A DNA stretch of 64,000 bases. It comes from Chiloscyllium plagiosum. Taxonomy: Eukaryota. The stretch is from the NCBI RefSeq assembly GCF_004010195.1, contig NC_057712.1, positions 78,015,929 to 78,079,928 on the forward strand, in the 5' to 3' direction. Both the position numbers and the translations under genes were made by a program. The notes beneath the pieces are model-generated. The model was not told the DNA's origin. It searched no databases and saw nothing but the letters and a program-made list of their open reading frames with translations. Shown piece by piece: positions 62,531 through 64,000 of the stretch; the first letter of the stretch is position 1, and every line of letters begins with the position of its first letter.

Positions 62531-64000
62531 CTTAAAGTGAAATGAAAGTTCAGCCATGTTGTTTTATTTGTGAGGAAAGAAAGACATGAATTACTGAATG
62601 AAATGTGTTGGAATGTGCTGACACAAAGGTTAAAACTTGTTCAAATTCTTGCTATAAAGCGAGATGTGTTGTTAAGGTTTTTCATCTTGCGTTCATCAGC
62701 ACAAATACAGGAATGTTGAAGGAACATAATATTTTACACTACAAGGGAAAGAGAGACTGATTTGCAAGCTTGTGCAATACACTGTAAGCAATGATCCTTA
62801 ACAATGATTTTTTAAAATCCTTTTCTTAAAAAGACACTTTTTATTAATATCGACAAGGAAGAAATTCTACATTGTTTTCCAGTTTGTGATAATCATTTCC
62901 AGCATACGTGATAATCTACACAGATTTGTTTTAAAAATAAGCAATTTTCAGCAGCCCTCATTCAAGTACAAAGTTTGTTGGCAAATTGTATGCAGAAATA
63001 TAAACCAAAAATTATATAAAAACATAGACTTCAATGTAATTTTTACACAAAAAAAGTATTATATTACAGGTTTCTTCAACACAGTTGAATTTTAACAAGG
63101 AGGTCCCTCAGGTTATTTCTATCAGGGCGAGCTGTTACACAGTTGGAATAGTCACAAAGACTAGTTTTCCTGAATATCCTGTAGAATTTAATGGTAGCAT
63201 TGCTTTAGGTTGCTTTTTTTCTCTCAGTCTGCCATCCACTGGCCACTTGATCCAAGCATGGAAATGTATTGGAAAAGTGTGAATGACAGGGGGAAGGCAT
63301 GGGCCGTTGCAGGGTCAGAAAGTTTTCCAGTGTTTCTCACCTATAGGAGTAGAAGATTTCAACAATCATGAAGGTTTATGGTTGCCTGCTAGTTGGTCAT
63401 CAGGGTGAGGAGCAAATGAACAATTGCTGTGTCAGGACGGCATTTGTGGGGTAAATGGATAGGCTGGGACAAGCAGTCTAACTACTTGCATATCATAGCC
63501 AATGGTGTGAGAAAATTACTGAATAGATTCAGCCCATCTTGCATTTAAGTTGTTTTGTTGCGTTGTCCAGAAAACTCTAACATCTGTACTTAGAAATTGA
63601 ATGCCTGTTAAAATGAAGGAATTAGCCTCATTATCATATTTAAGTGTCAAACATGTTTCCCAAAAGGACCTTGATCACTAAAACCAGATGCACACGTGTA
63701 TATGTGTGTGTGTGTTTGGTTCCTGTTCCAGATTTTTAACACTTAGATCTCCAACCCAATCTCAACACACCCATTTTTGGGAACCAAAATCCTGACCAGT
63801 TGATCCACAGAACAAGTGAAGACAAAAATAATTTGTTATATAGTTGTGCAATGTAAGTAAATCATTAAACTTCTAATAATTGAACTACAATGTCAGTGTT
63901 AATCAAACAGTCTATATGTATTAAGGATTATTTTTAAAAATGTAGAAATGAAGACTTTATAACTATAATGCCCATATGTTTGTTAGATTTCCTTTTTAAA

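Overview
This is AT-rich vertebrate nuclear DNA, probably from a shark (inferred from eight HE1/V-SINE-like copies plus Penelope-like and CR1 repeats). No intact protein-coding gene is visible. The main finding, inferred by eye from manual translation, is that the non-repeat islands on the + strand from base 1 to ~57,990 encode decayed exons of a divergent dynein heavy chain-like gene. The domains fall in the expected order: AAA4, stalk coiled coils and microtubule-binding domain, AAA5, buttress, AAA6, C-terminal domain. Many GT-AG junctions survive, but there are numerous in-frame stops and frameshifts, so it is probably an unprocessed pseudogene. Its introns contain Penelope-like elements (PLEs) with hammerhead ribozyme motifs, inverted arrangements and long target-site duplications (TSDs); CR1, L2-like and RTE LINE fragments; SINEs; solo LTRs; two MITEs; and a short interstitial telomeric repeat. 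Two assembly gaps are present. No database searches were run, so family names come from recalled motifs and most boundaries are approximate.
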